Notes: generated from the sequence alone by a model not told the origin. Counted from the stretch's first letter, positions 8,524-18,827 are shown. The stretch is DNA of 64,000 nt from Acidimicrobiia bacterium (GCA_041577335.1 JBFGJH010000012.1:1-64000); one strand, 5' to 3'. A program made the numbers and translations.

Positions 8524-9564
8524 TTAGGAAACCCTGACAGCAGCAGATTGGGCTGGATACGTGACCGCTTCCGACCCGTGATACGAGACGGTGACCGCAT
8601 CGCCGACCTGAAAGCGTGGCGCTGAGATCGAACGCACGAGAACCTCGTCTGACCCGATCATCACCGTATAGGAAGTGTCATGGCCGTAGAACGCCACGTT
8701 GGTGACGATTGCCTCTCCTCGGCCGGCCAAGCTCAAATGCTCTGGCCGGACCATCACCTCGCACAAACCGTCGGCTGGCTCCGCCACCGGGATCGGCCCA
8801 ACGGTGGTCGCGGCAACGGATCCGGACACGTTGCCTACAAAGAGATTTGCGTCTCCTACGAACCTCGCCACCCACGCCGTGGTGGGGCGTTCGTAGATCT
8901 CGGCAGGCGTGCCGGTCTGGATGAGGGTGCCCCGGTTCATCACCGCCACCTCCTCGCCCACCACGAAGGCTTCTTCCTGATCATGGGTCACGAATACGGC
9001 GGTGATGCCTACCTCCGTGAGAAGCCGAGCGACATCGGCCCGCACGCGGACTCGCAGCTCCGTGTCGAGATTCGAAAAGGGCTCATCGAGCAGCAGTACC
9101 CGAGGTTCCGGCGCCAAAGCACGAGCGATGGCCACCCGCCGCGCCTGCCCGCCCGAGAGCGTGTGGGGTTTGCGGTTCTCGAACCCTGCCAGGTCAACCA
9201 TCTCCAGAGCGGTCGCCACCTTGGTGGGCCGATCCGAGCGGGGGAGGCCGTATCCGACATTGTCGCCGACCGACAGGTGAGGGAACAGCGCGCCATCTTG
9301 AAAGACCAATCCGACGTTGCGGCGCTCAGGAGCGACGATCCGGGAGCCATCGGTGAGGACTTCGTCGTCGATGCGCACCCGTCCGGCGTCGGGCGTTTCG
9401 AGGCCGGCGATGATTCGCAGCAAAGTCGTCTTGCCGCTGCCACTCGGCCCCAGCAAGGCGAGGGTTTTCCCGCGCGGCACCGACAAGGAAACCTCAGACA
9501 GCACGCGGCTGCCATCGAACGACTTGGTCACTGCGTCGACTACCAGGTGGTGGGCTTGTTGCAT
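8524..9564 (-). CDS. Fe(III) ABC ATPase (FbpC-like) with TOBE domain
   Basis: GPSGSGKT, LSGGQ, LLLDEPFSNLD, VTHDQEEA. Confidence 0.92.
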   Translation of the reverse strand: MQQAHHLVVDAVTKSFDGSRVLSEVSLSVPRGKTLALLGPSGSGKTTLLRIIAGLETPDAGRVRIDDEVLTDGSRIVAPERRNVGLVFQDGALFPHLSVGDNVGYGLPRSDRPTKVATALEMVDLAGFENRKPHTLSGGQARRVAIARALAPEPRVLLLDEPFSNLDTELRVRVRADVARLLTEVGITAVFVTHDQEEAFVVGEEVAVMNRGTLIQTGTPAEIYERPTTAWVARFVGDANLFVGNVSGSVAATTVGPIPVAEPADGLCEVMVRPEHLSLAGRGEAIVTNVAFYGHDTSYTVMIGSDEVLVRSISAPRFQVGDAVTVSYHGSEAVTYPAQSAAVRVS

Positions 9565-9623
9565 GTCCCGAACAGGCTACCTTCGGGTGCCCTTACAGGA
9601 AACCTGCGATCACTTGCTGCGGC

Positions 9624-10217
9624 TCATTCCGGGCGCACGAGGCTTACGAGCTCGCGGGTCAGGGCATAGTCGTGGCCGGCCATCCTGCCGACGGCCGCCA
9701 GGCGTTCGGGAAGCACACGAGTGCCATCCAGGAGGTCGTCGTGCACGTGGATACGCACAATTTCGCCGACCACCAGGTTGGCGCGCATGGGGCCGTCGCC
9801 GATCGGGATGATCTGGCGAACCAGGGCCTCCATGGACGCTTTCGCCTCCGCAACCCGCGGAGCGGCAACCACATCGGCCGGAAGCGGCGTCAGCCCAGCC
9901 ACATCGAACTCGTCGAGGCGCGCCGAGGTGGCGGTCGCATTCATCATCTCCAAGACGTCTTCGGTGACCGAATTGAGTGTGAATTCTCCGGTGAGCGTCA
10001 CGTTCTCCAGCGTGTGCTTTGCTTCGCTACCGAGCGGAGAGAACACGACAATCGGCGGCGTCACGCCGAAGACGTTGAAGAACGAGAACGGGGCGAGGTT
10101 GCGGGCACCGTCCGGTGACACCGTAGCGACCCAGGCGATGGGGCGTGGCACCACGAGGCCGGTGAGAAGTTTGTAGAGGTCCCGCGGCTCGAGATCCCCG
10201 GGGTCGAACGTGGTCAC
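9624..10217 (-). CDS. Flavin reductase family protein
   Basis: YKLLTGLVVPRPIAWV, NLAPFSFFN, VGRMAG; GTG start overlaps upstream stop. Confidence 0.9.
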   Translation of the reverse strand: MTTFDPGDLEPRDLYKLLTGLVVPRPIAWVATVSPDGARNLAPFSFFNVFGVTPPIVVFSPLGSEAKHTLENVTLTGEFTLNSVTEDVLEMMNATATSARLDEFDVAGLTPLPADVVAAPRVAEAKASMEALVRQIIPIGDGPMRANLVVGEIVRIHVHDDLLDGTRVLPERLAAVGRMAGHDYALTRELVSLVRPE

Positions 10218-10750
10218 TGACCGAATTGGTTGCGATGGACCAATTCGTCGAGCGGCTTGCGGCCCAACGGCATCGCCGCCCGCTGAGCAGACCGGCCCGC
10301 CAGTTCGGCGTCTTCGTCGGGATAGCCAAGGGCGACTGCGTACCGGCATTGGTAACCCTCGGGGATATTGAGGATTTCATGGGCAACATCCTGCTTGTGC
10401 ATGGTGACCGGACAGCTGCCAACCCCGATGGCCGCGGCGGCCAGCATGATGTTCTGCGCTACCCGGCCCATGTCGAATGCATAGCCATCGGGATGGGAGA
10501 CGAGTGCAATCGCCAGCGGCGCGTTTCTCACGGGAGTCATGAAGTTGCCCGCTTCCAGCAAGCGTTCCTTCTGCGCAGGGTCGTCGATGACGATGAAGGA
10601 CCACAGCTGGAGGTTCTTGGCCGATCCGGTCCAGCGTGCCGCTTCGAGGATGTGGCTGAGATGCTCATCAGAGAGGGGGCGGTTGGCAAAGCGGCGCACC
10701 ACGCGGAGGCCGAGGATCGAATGATACGTTTCAGGCGAAGGTGTCAGCAT
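10214..10750 (-). CDS. Nitroreductase family protein
   Basis: R.VRRF, ILEAARW.GSAKN.Q.W.F, QNIMLAA...G.GSC. Confidence 0.9.
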   Translation of the reverse strand: MLTPSPETYHSILGLRVVRRFANRPLSDEHLSHILEAARWTGSAKNLQLWSFIVIDDPAQKERLLEAGNFMTPVRNAPLAIALVSHPDGYAFDMGRVAQNIMLAAAAIGVGSCPVTMHKQDVAHEILNIPEGYQCRYAVALGYPDEDAELAGRSAQRAAMPLGRKPLDELVHRNQFGQ

Positions 10751-10799
10751 CGGTCCAGGCTACCGGCTCGTCGGTGAACCCGGCGCATAGGATGGCGCC

Positions 10800-12242
10800 A
10801 TGGTCCACCCCACTCTCCTTCGCTCGTGCCTCGGCGCCCTCCTGGTCGTGATGGCGGCATGCTCGGGAGGCGCAACCACCACGACGCCGGCTCCGGCTCC
10901 GGCCACCACCATGGCGGCGCCTGTTTCCCCGACGACGACGGCGCCTGCAGCCACCACCGTGGCTCCGGCTGCGCCCGACGAGCCGGTGGTTCTGCTGGCG
11001 GAGGAGGCGGTCGTCCGCCCCTTCTCGGACGCCAAGTTCACCAATCCCGGGGCCGTGATATTCGATGGCGACACGTATCACATGTACCGGAACTCGTTCA
11101 GTCAGTACCCCGGTGACACCACCGTGACCCTTCTCACGTCGCCCGATGGGCTGGCATGGGAGGAAGCGGAAGCCGATCCAGTGTTCGGAACCGAGTTTGT
11201 CGACGGCGCCGAGGGCACGGTGTTCATGTTCTCCGGCTACGTGGCGGACGATGGCACGTGGGTGGGCTACTACTACACCTACGATGGCGAGCTCAACCAG
11301 TCGGTGATCGGCCGGGCCACCGCTCCCGGGCCGTCCGGTCCATGGGTTGCCGATCCCATTCCTGCTTTGGAGCCGGGCTCGCCGGGAACGTGGGACGATC
11401 GGCGCCTTGCCGAGCCTTCGGTCATCGCGCGTGACGGACGTCTGTTCATGTATTACACGGGCTTCAATAGCGCGGAAGGGAATGGCCGTATCGGACTGGC
11501 TACGTCCGACGATGGCATCACCTGGACCAAGCACGATGATCCGGCAACCACTGGTCCGGTCTTTGGAGAGAGCGACCCGGTCCTGTTCCCGTATCGGAGC
11601 TGGGAACAGGGCTCGATCGGTGGTCCCCAGGTGCTCGCCACTGGCGAAGGGCTGGTCATGTTGTACGACCTCACCGATCTATCGGACTTCGGCATCGGGG
11701 TGGCGGTGAGCAACGACGGCGTCGCCTGGCAGTCGATGTCCGTCGAGCCGCTGATCGCCCTGGCAGACACGCCGAGCAGCCGACGTTTCTACCAGCACGA
11801 GCTGACCGAGTCGCTGGACGGGCCCATCCTGCTTCTCGAGGTGTTCGACGAAGCCAATGTCAATACCGAGATCTACCCCTACGCCATCGACTTCGATGCG
11901 CTGGAGGGCGGAACACCTGGAGTGGGGCTGGCAGCCACAGCCACCACCGTCGACGACGAAGTGGTCATCGAAGTCATAGTCACCGGCTTCCAGGTCGACT
12001 TCGTGCCGGGCGACATCTCTGGAGCCACGGCTCATGTCCATGCCTATGTCGATCGGCCGCGGCCGGACGCCGGTGATGATGTTCCGCTCGGCGATCCGAC
12101 CATCGTTCACAGCGTCGGGCCGATCATCACGCTGGAAGGCCTCGAGTCGGGCCGCCACGAGGTGTGGGTGGTCGCGGCCGATGGGAACGACCGCGCACTC
12201 ATCCCGCCCGAGCCGGTCGAGCTCGTGGTGTTTGTCCCATAG
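10800..12242 (+). CDS. Secreted lipoprotein: five-bladed glycosidase-like beta-propeller plus C-terminal His-rich Ig-like domain
   Basis: Lipobox MAAC, Thr/Pro linker, repeated TS.DG..W blades, MYYTG..IGLATSDDG, HVHAYVD. Confidence 0.65.
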   Translation: MVHPTLLRSCLGALLVVMAACSGGATTTTPAPAPATTMAAPVSPTTTAPAATTVAPAAPDEPVVLLAEEAVVRPFSDAKFTNPGAVIFDGDTYHMYRNSFSQYPGDTTVTLLTSPDGLAWEEAEADPVFGTEFVDGAEGTVFMFSGYVADDGTWVGYYYTYDGELNQSVIGRATAPGPSGPWVADPIPALEPGSPGTWDDRRLAEPSVIARDGRLFMYYTGFNSAEGNGRIGLATSDDGITWTKHDDPATTGPVFGESDPVLFPYRSWEQGSIGGPQVLATGEGLVMLYDLTDLSDFGIGVAVSNDGVAWQSMSVEPLIALADTPSSRRFYQHELTESLDGPILLLEVFDEANVNTEIYPYAIDFDALEGGTPGVGLAATATTVDDEVVIEVIVTGFQVDFVPGDISGATAHVHAYVDRPRPDAGDDVPLGDPTIVHSVGPIITLEGLESGRHEVWVVAADGNDRALIPPEPVELVVFVP

Positions 12243-12284
12243 GGCTCACCGCCGCTCGACCAGTCGGGAGGGCGCGATGCGGTC

Positions 12285-13643
12285 CTAATTCTGCGGCCGG
12301 GACCCGCTTCGATCCAGCACGCAAGCAGCCTGGTGATTGGGCCCTCGAGCAGTCAGCTGGACCTCATCGACCTCAGCGAATCGTATGCGGACGCGCGCCT
12401 CGTCGACCGTCACTTCCTCGAGCGCCGCTTGCATGGCTGCGGGGATCGCATCGGTGCGGAGGGCAGCGGCCAGGCGCTGCGCACCGCCCTGATCGTCGAA
12501 GGTCAGCCATGCATCGAAGGCGTCGTTGCGGCTCACAGAATGCAGGTCCTCGAACGTCCCTTCAACGTCTTCCAGCCAGAGCACGACATCGTCGACTTCC
12601 CAACCACAGGCCGGGGTAGCGACAGGGCAGCGCGTGTGAAAGCGGCATCCCTGCGGCGGTCGCGCCGGATCGGGAATCGAGCCTTCGAGCGCTTGCATGC
12701 TGACAGTGGAGCGGTCGAATTCGGGGCTCGAGGCGAGCAGAGCATCCGTATAGGGATGCTCTGGCCGATTGAATATCACGTCGGTGGGGCCCTTTTCTGC
12801 GACCTTGCCGACGTACATCACAACAATGCGATCTGCCATGTGGCGCACCACTGACAAGTCGTGCGTGATGAACAGGTAGGTGAGGCCGCGCTCTGTCTGC
12901 AGTTCGTGAAGTAGGTTCAGAATCTGGGCCTGGACGGACACATCGAGCGCACTTGTCGGCTCGTCGAGGACGACGAGTTCGGGATCGAGGGCGAGGGCCC
13001 GAGCGATCGAGATCCGCTGGCGCTGGCCGCCCGAAAACTGATGTGGATAGCGATACAGGTGTTGTCTGCCAAGGCCGACCTGTTCCAGGAGCTCAACGAC
13101 CTTTTCGGTCAGATCCGACCCCGACGCCTCCTTGTGCACGCGCAGCGGCCTACCCACGATGTCCTTGATGAGCTGGCGTGGGTTCAACGACGCAAATGAT
13201 TCTTGGAAGACCACCTGGCAATTGCGGCGGTAGCGTCGCCACGCGTCCCCCTTCATCACATCGACGCGATGTGATTCCTCGAGCCTCGCCAGATTGGCCT
13301 GGTCGCTTTCGGTGCGTAGCCCGGCCGGCAGTGCCAGCAGCTCGTCGAGTTGCCGGCGCTTGTCGGTTGGAAGGCTGAAGTACACACCGCCGAACGTGGG
13401 ATCGGTGAGGCCACTCACGCAACGTCCCAGAGTCGTCTTGCCGCACCCGCTCTCGCCAACGAGGCCCACCGTCTCGCCCCGACGCAGGTCGAAGCTGACA
13501 CCGTCGACGGCCTTGACTTGGCCGACCACCTGCTGCAACGCCCCCTCCTTGACGGGGAAGTGTTTCTTGAGGTCGCGCACAGCGAGAAGGATGTCGTCGT
13601 CCTGCACGAGCGCAGACGTTCCGAGACCGACGGCGCCGGTCAT
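12285..13643 (-). CDS. Oligopeptide-type ABC ATPase (OppF/DppF-like) with insertions
   Basis: [35 protein letters not shown]. Confidence 0.92.
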   Translation of the reverse strand: MTGAVGLGTSALVQDDDILLAVRDLKKHFPVKEGALQQVVGQVKAVDGVSFDLRRGETVGLVGESGCGKTTLGRCVSGLTDPTFGGVYFSLPTDKRRQLDELLALPAGLRTESDQANLARLEESHRVDVMKGDAWRRYRRNCQVVFQESFASLNPRQLIKDIVGRPLRVHKEASGSDLTEKVVELLEQVGLGRQHLYRYPHQFSGGQRQRISIARALALDPELVVLDEPTSALDVSVQAQILNLLHELQTERGLTYLFITHDLSVVRHMADRIVVMYVGKVAEKGPTDVIFNRPEHPYTDALLASSPEFDRSTVSMQALEGSIPDPARPPQGCRFHTRCPVATPACGWEVDDVVLWLEDVEGTFEDLHSVSRNDAFDAWLTFDDQGGAQRLAAALRTDAIPAAMQAALEEVTVDEARVRIRFAEVDEVQLTARGPNHQAACVLDRSGSRPQN

Positions 13644-14950
13644 CGCAGCGGCCTGTCGAATGAAGGATTCCGCTCCTCCCCAGGAGCAGGGTGATGGATG
13701 AAGCAGGCAACGTCATGCGCCGGAGCGACCTGTGCGAGGGTCGGGTCGTTCTCCCGGCAGGCCGAAGCTTCGTAGTCGCACCGGCCAGCAAAGCGGCACG
13801 CCGGCGGTGGATCGATCAGCTCCGGAACATTGCCGGCGATTGCGACCAGTGCGCCGCGTTCGTGAGTGGCGGCGGGAATCGCCGCCAGTAGACCCTGGGT
13901 ATAGGGATGCCGGGGATCGTCGAATATCGACTCGGTCGCGGCTACTTCGACGATGCGGCCGGCGTACATCACTGCGATACGGTCGCAGACCTCGCGCACG
14001 AGCGAGAGGTCGTGGCTGATGTACAGAACCGAGGTCTTGTGGCGCTGCTGGAGCTCCCGGACCAACTCGAGAATCCGAGCTTGCACGGTCACGTCGAGCG
14101 CAGTCGTTGGCTCGTCGGCAATCAGCAGGTCCGGGTCGCATGCCAACGCTTGGGCAATCATCACTCGTTGCCGCATTCCGCCCGAAAGCTCGTGCGGATA
14201 GCGATCCATGACTTTGCGGGGGTTGGGAATCTGGGTTTCGGCCAGGGCATCCGCAATTCGGGTGTCGACGGCGGCCATCAGCTTGTTGCGCCGGGCGCGT
14301 AGCGGCGGCAGTGCGAGTATTGCATCCTCGAACCGGCGGGTCTTGAGTGTGGCCCGTCTGATCAAGAGGGGGCCGGCATCGTCGAGGCCGGCGTCCGCCA
14401 GCAGGTCGTGGGTGCGGTGTTGATAGAACACCTCTGCCACCTGGTCTCGGATCGGTAGGGCCGGGTTCAGAGCCTTGCCAGGATCCTGGAAGATCATGGC
14501 GATTCGGTTGCCGCGGATGTCCTGGAGTTGCTTCTCCGAGAGAGTCAGCAAGTCGACGGTGTGTTGACCAGTTTGCTCGCATTTCTCGCAGCCTGTGCCC
14601 GAGCAAGCTTGGCACGCCTCTGGTACCCGCCCGGAATGACGACACACTTCGCACCCTTCTCCGCGGCAGGCCGAGCAGCTGCGGTGGGGACGGAACATGA
14701 TCGAGCCGCCGGCTTGTATTCCCGGTGGCATCGGAACAAGCCTCAAGAACGAGCGGGCAGTCACACTCTTGCCGCAGCCGGTCTCGCCGACCAGGCCGAG
14801 CGTCTCCCCGTCGGCGATGTCGAAAGAGACTCCGTCGACGGCGTGGACGGTGCCGGCTTTGGACCGAAAGTGGACCCGGAGATCTTCGACCGAAGCCACC
14901 GCAACGCGCTCTGTTGGCTGCGTTGCCGAGTCGGCGCCTGCCAGACTCAT
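13640..14950 (-). CDS. Oligopeptide-type ABC ATPase (OppD/DppD-like) with Cys8 zinc-finger insertion
   Basis: GETGCGKS, IAMIFQDP, YPHELSGGMRQR, C-terminal CRFAGRC...C...C. Confidence 0.92.
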   Translation of the reverse strand: MSLAGADSATQPTERVAVASVEDLRVHFRSKAGTVHAVDGVSFDIADGETLGLVGETGCGKSVTARSFLRLVPMPPGIQAGGSIMFRPHRSCSACRGEGCEVCRHSGRVPEACQACSGTGCEKCEQTGQHTVDLLTLSEKQLQDIRGNRIAMIFQDPGKALNPALPIRDQVAEVFYQHRTHDLLADAGLDDAGPLLIRRATLKTRRFEDAILALPPLRARRNKLMAAVDTRIADALAETQIPNPRKVMDRYPHELSGGMRQRVMIAQALACDPDLLIADEPTTALDVTVQARILELVRELQQRHKTSVLYISHDLSLVREVCDRIAVMYAGRIVEVAATESIFDDPRHPYTQGLLAAIPAATHERGALVAIAGNVPELIDPPPACRFAGRCDYEASACRENDPTLAQVAPAHDVACFIHHPAPGEERNPSFDRPLR

Positions 14951-15873
14951 CGAGATGTCTCCGTCTTTGGATCGAGTACGTCTCGGAGGCCGTCGCCGAA
15001 CAGGTTGAAGGCCAGCGCCCAGAGAAACACCATGAGACCGGGGAAGGTCGACGCCCACCAGCGGCCGGCCGAAATCCCGGCTTGACCCTCCGACACCAAG
15101 ACACCCCATTCGGCGATCCCGGCTTCGGAAAGCCCGATGAAGCTGAGCGTGGCTCCGACCAGAACGATGTTCCCCATGTCCAGCGTCGCTTGCACGACGA
15201 CGGGTGTTATGGAATTCGGCAGAATGTCCTTGAAGTAGATTCGCCACCCTGAATCGCCGACGACCCGAGCAGCGTCGACGTACTCGTTTTCCTTCACGTG
15301 AACGATTTGGGCTCGCATGATTCGGGCGTATTTCACCCAAAACACGACCGCGAGAGCCAGGATGATGTTGCGGAACGACGGGCCGAGGACCGCAGCGATG
15401 GCCAGAGCGAATATCAGCTCAGGGATAGAGAGGAACACGTCGACGATGCGCATGAGCACTTCATCGATCCGCCCTCCACGGAACCCGGCGATGCTCCCGA
15501 CGGTAACCCCCACCACGACCGTGATGGAGACGACGATGACGGACAGCCGCAAGGAGGTGCGGGCGCCCCAGATGATGCCGTAGAGGACGTCGCCGCCGAC
15601 GTTCGTCGTGCCAAGCGGATGGTCGGGAGTACCCGGCGGTGCTGCAATGGCCCCCCAGTCTCGCGGCATCTGATAGGCATCCGGTGTGTTCGGCTCGGCG
15701 AGAAGCGGCGCGAAAACCGCCACGCCCAATAGGAGCACAATCAATGTGAGGCCGGCAACCGTTGTTGGGTTCTTGAGGAGCGAAAGGGCCAGCAGTCCAG
15801 CCCGGCGAGCCTTGACTCGAAAGGCCGACTCCCTGACCGGGATATGGGCAACTTTGGTAGGGACGTCAACCAT
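14947..15873 (-). CDS. Oligopeptide ABC permease (OppC/DppC-like)
   Basis: HPLGT...GGD, EYVDAARVVG, LAFNLFGDGLRD.LDP. Confidence 0.93.
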   Translation of the reverse strand: MVDVPTKVAHIPVRESAFRVKARRAGLLALSLLKNPTTVAGLTLIVLLLGVAVFAPLLAEPNTPDAYQMPRDWGAIAAPPGTPDHPLGTTNVGGDVLYGIIWGARTSLRLSVIVVSITVVVGVTVGSIAGFRGGRIDEVLMRIVDVFLSIPELIFALAIAAVLGPSFRNIILALAVVFWVKYARIMRAQIVHVKENEYVDAARVVGDSGWRIYFKDILPNSITPVVVQATLDMGNIVLVGATLSFIGLSEAGIAEWGVLVSEGQAGISAGRWWASTFPGLMVFLWALAFNLFGDGLRDVLDPKTETSR

Positions 15874-15875
15874 GG

Positions 15876-16889
15876 CTATTCACCCAGCACGACGCGGCGG
15901 TCGAGATATGCATAGATGACGTCGACTACCAGATTCACGAACAAGAAGAGCACGGATGTGAAGAGGACGTACGCCATGATCGTGGCCTGGTCGCCGCGCA
16001 GCACCGAGTCGGCCATCCATCGCCCGAGTCCTGGCCACTGGAAGATGATCTCTGCGACGACGCTGCCTTGCAGCAAGAAGCCAAAGCTGAGGCCGATCAC
16101 GGTCACCGTTGGTATCAGGGCGTTGCGCCGGGCGTGCCTCCGCAAGACGAGGCGCTCCGGAAGACCCTTCGCACGCGCTGCGTCTACATAGTCCTCCTGC
16201 AGCTCCTCAACCAGGGAGGAGCGCATCATGCGGGCGATGATGGCGGTCGCGCCGTAGCCGAGAACGAGCGCCGGAAGCACCAAATGCCAGATGGCGTCGC
16301 GGAACGCGCCGAAATCTCCGGCCAGCAGCGCGTCCACGGTGTACAGATTGGTCGGGTGGGAGATACGCGCCCACATGTCGGGGTCACTTCTGCCGATTGG
16401 GAACCAGCCCAGATTCACCCAGAAGATGATGAGCGCCAGAATCGCGAACCAGAATAAGGGCATAGCTGCGCCGCTGATGGAAAAGATCCGCGTCAGGTGG
16501 TCCGGAAGGCGGTTGCGGCGAGCCCCGGCAAAAGTTCCCAACGCGATCCCCAGAATCACCGCCACGATTGCGGCAGAGATGGCGAGCTCCATCGTGGCCG
16601 CCAACTTGGGCAAGAAAACTTCGGTGACGGGAGCCGCGGCGACACCCGACCATCCGAGATCGCCTTGGAGGACTCCGGAAGCCCAGTAGAAGTACTGCAC
16701 AGGCACGGGGTCATTGAGATGGAACTTTTCCTCGAGCTGGGCAACTTCGTCCTGGGACATCTCGTGCGACAGGTAGATGCCAATGGGCGAGCCGCCGATT
16801 CGGGTGAGGCCGAACACGATGATCGACACGCCGACCACGAGCAGGGGCAACACCATCATGCGTCGGAGGATGTAGTCCCGAATCTGCAC
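15876..16889 (-). CDS. Oligopeptide ABC permease (OppB/DppB-like)
   Basis: YILRR, DYVDAARAKGL, RNALIP, F.WPGLG. Confidence 0.93.
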   Translation of the reverse strand: MQIRDYILRRMMVLPLLVVGVSIIVFGLTRIGGSPIGIYLSHEMSQDEVAQLEEKFHLNDPVPVQYFYWASGVLQGDLGWSGVAAAPVTEVFLPKLAATMELAISAAIVAVILGIALGTFAGARRNRLPDHLTRIFSISGAAMPLFWFAILALIIFWVNLGWFPIGRSDPDMWARISHPTNLYTVDALLAGDFGAFRDAIWHLVLPALVLGYGATAIIARMMRSSLVEELQEDYVDAARAKGLPERLVLRRHARRNALIPTVTVIGLSFGFLLQGSVVAEIIFQWPGLGRWMADSVLRGDQATIMAYVLFTSVLFLFVNLVVDVIYAYLDRRVVLGE

Positions 16890-16926
16890 TGCCTGTCCTG
16901 TCTCTTGTTCCTATTCTGGCGTTACC

Positions 16927-16957
16927 GCGCAGTCCCCGCGTTCGGCGGGGACTGCGC
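16927..16957. terminator. Strong stem-loop between SBP and permease (mRNA stabiliser or partial terminator)
   Basis: GCGCAGTCCCCGC-gttcg-GCGGGGACTGCGC, 13-bp perfect stem. Confidence 0.7.
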
Positions 16958-16975
16958 AGCTAGGCCAGATTGCGT

Positions 16976-18763
16976 CTACCCCTTGTCCATGAGGGCGAAC
17001 TTCAGGCTCGGTCGGGGCCACAGCGGATTCGATACGAACCCCTCCACCCAATCACGCCTTGCTGATACCACGCCTTCCTGTGCGGCGATGATCCACATCG
17101 GGTCGGCGTATAGGAGTTGCTGCAGCTCCGAGTAGAGCGCAGCACGTGCGGTGGGATCGAGCTCCACCTTGGCGCTGTCAATGAGGTCCGCGATTCGGTC
17201 TGGATCAACGTAGGCGTCGCGGAAGCCGTGGATCTCGCCCCACTCGCCGTCTGGGTTGGTGTATGCGTCGACGTAGGCATGTGGATCCGCGAACGGGTCA
17301 GCATTCTTCACCCACATTGCATACGGGACAGGATCGGATGCGTGCGCCTCGTCGAATACCGCCTCGGCAACTGATGCCACGGTCACTTCGAAGTTGGGAT
17401 TGTTCAGCTGGTCGATCGAGTCCTTCAGGACCAGCGCCGCCACCTCGAAGAGGTTGGCTTCCTCGGTGACAACCGACACGGAGAAGCCGGTGTCCCACAC
17501 GCCGGCGTCCCGGAACAACTCCTCGGCCTTGGCCAGATCCTGCTGGTTGTAGACAGGGGCGGCCGGGTCGTAGCCGAAGATGCCGATCGGAATGTAGTGA
17601 GGGTTGAAGTCGCCGAAGCCGCCGAGCGCACCCTGGACGAACGCCTCGTAATCGAACGCATAGTTGAACGCCTGGCGAACTCTCGGGTCGTCGAAGAACC
17701 CCTCGGGAATTCGGTCCGTTTCCGGCAGCTGATCCAATGGTGCGTTCATGTTGAAGGCGATATGGATCGGCTCAACCGTGAGCCCTTCCGAGAAGATCGT
17801 CACACCTTCGGCGCCTTCGATGTCGCCGATGAACGATGGGTCCGTCTCGATGGTGTCGTATTCGCCGGCGCGCAGGCCGAGGACCCGGATGTCGGGGTTG
17901 GCGCCGATCTCGACACGCAGATCGAGATTGGCCGGCGTGCCCCAGTAGTCGTCGTAGACCTCGAACTGCAGATTCTCGTTGCGGTTCCAAGCCACGAACT
18001 GGTAGGGGCCGGTGCCGATCATGTTGGTTTGCATGAACTCATTCGGCTCGCCTGGGACCACGCCACCGTTGGCTTCGACGGCTTCCCGGCTCACGATCGA
18101 AGACACCATCGCCGGAACAACTGCGTTGAGAAACGCTGCGTTGGGCTCCTGCAGAGTCACCTCGAACGTGAAATCGTCAACGACACGCATGCTGTCAACA
18201 ACGTCGCTGAGTACCTCGGCTGCACTTCCTGGCAGCTCCAAGTCCATGACCCGCTCCCACGAGAACAGCACGTCATCGGCCGTGAGGGGGGAGCCATCGT
18301 GGAATGTCACACCTTCGCGAATCGGGAACGTGTAGGTGAGACTGTCGGCCGAAATGAGGCCGTTCTCGAGGGTGGGAACCTCGGTGGCGAGCCCGGGCAC
18401 CGGGTCGGGTCCGGAGACCGGGATCTCCAGCAGCCGCTCGTACACCTGCAAGATCATCGTCTCGCCGCCTTCGCCCGGCTCAACCTGGGCAGGGTCGAGC
18501 GTCGTCGGCTCGTCATCTGCGGCATGGACAAACACGCCTGGGTTCCCGATTTCGTCTCCGGAGGCCGCCGGCTCGGTGGTTTCGGCTGGTTCCGTGGCGT
18601 CCGATCCGGCCGTGGTGTCCGTACCCGTGGCGGTTGTCTCGTCCGTCGACGCAGCCGTTGTGTCGGTGGAGTCGCTGCTTGTGCAACCCGCCGCAACGAG
18701 CGCGAGAGCGAGCAGGATCCCAACGAGAGAGCTCCACCTGTTCCGCTGCCTTGATCGAATCAT
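16976..18763 (-). CDS. Family-5 (OppA/DppA) substrate-binding lipoprotein
   Basis: Lipobox AAGC, TLDPA, FHDGSPLTADDV, GTGPY, DPRVRQA; GGAGG RBS. Confidence 0.93.
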   Translation of the reverse strand: MIRSRQRNRWSSLVGILLALALVAAGCTSSDSTDTTAASTDETTATGTDTTAGSDATEPAETTEPAASGDEIGNPGVFVHAADDEPTTLDPAQVEPGEGGETMILQVYERLLEIPVSGPDPVPGLATEVPTLENGLISADSLTYTFPIREGVTFHDGSPLTADDVLFSWERVMDLELPGSAAEVLSDVVDSMRVVDDFTFEVTLQEPNAAFLNAVVPAMVSSIVSREAVEANGGVVPGEPNEFMQTNMIGTGPYQFVAWNRNENLQFEVYDDYWGTPANLDLRVEIGANPDIRVLGLRAGEYDTIETDPSFIGDIEGAEGVTIFSEGLTVEPIHIAFNMNAPLDQLPETDRIPEGFFDDPRVRQAFNYAFDYEAFVQGALGGFGDFNPHYIPIGIFGYDPAAPVYNQQDLAKAEELFRDAGVWDTGFSVSVVTEEANLFEVAALVLKDSIDQLNNPNFEVTVASVAEAVFDEAHASDPVPYAMWVKNADPFADPHAYVDAYTNPDGEWGEIHGFRDAYVDPDRIADLIDSAKVELDPTARAALYSELQQLLYADPMWIIAAQEGVVSARRDWVEGFVSNPLWPRPSLKFALMDKG

Positions 18764-18813
18764 TTCCAAACCTCCTGGGAGCCAACCTAGCCACGTCAAC
18801 CCGACCGCAGATG

Positions 18814-18827
18814 TGCAAACGATTGCA
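18814..18827. promoter_or_regulatory. LacI-family operator-like palindrome downstream of SBP promoter
   Basis: TGCAAACGATTGCA; minus-strand promoter TTGACA(18874-18869)-18-TAGGTT(18850-18845). Confidence 0.65.
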
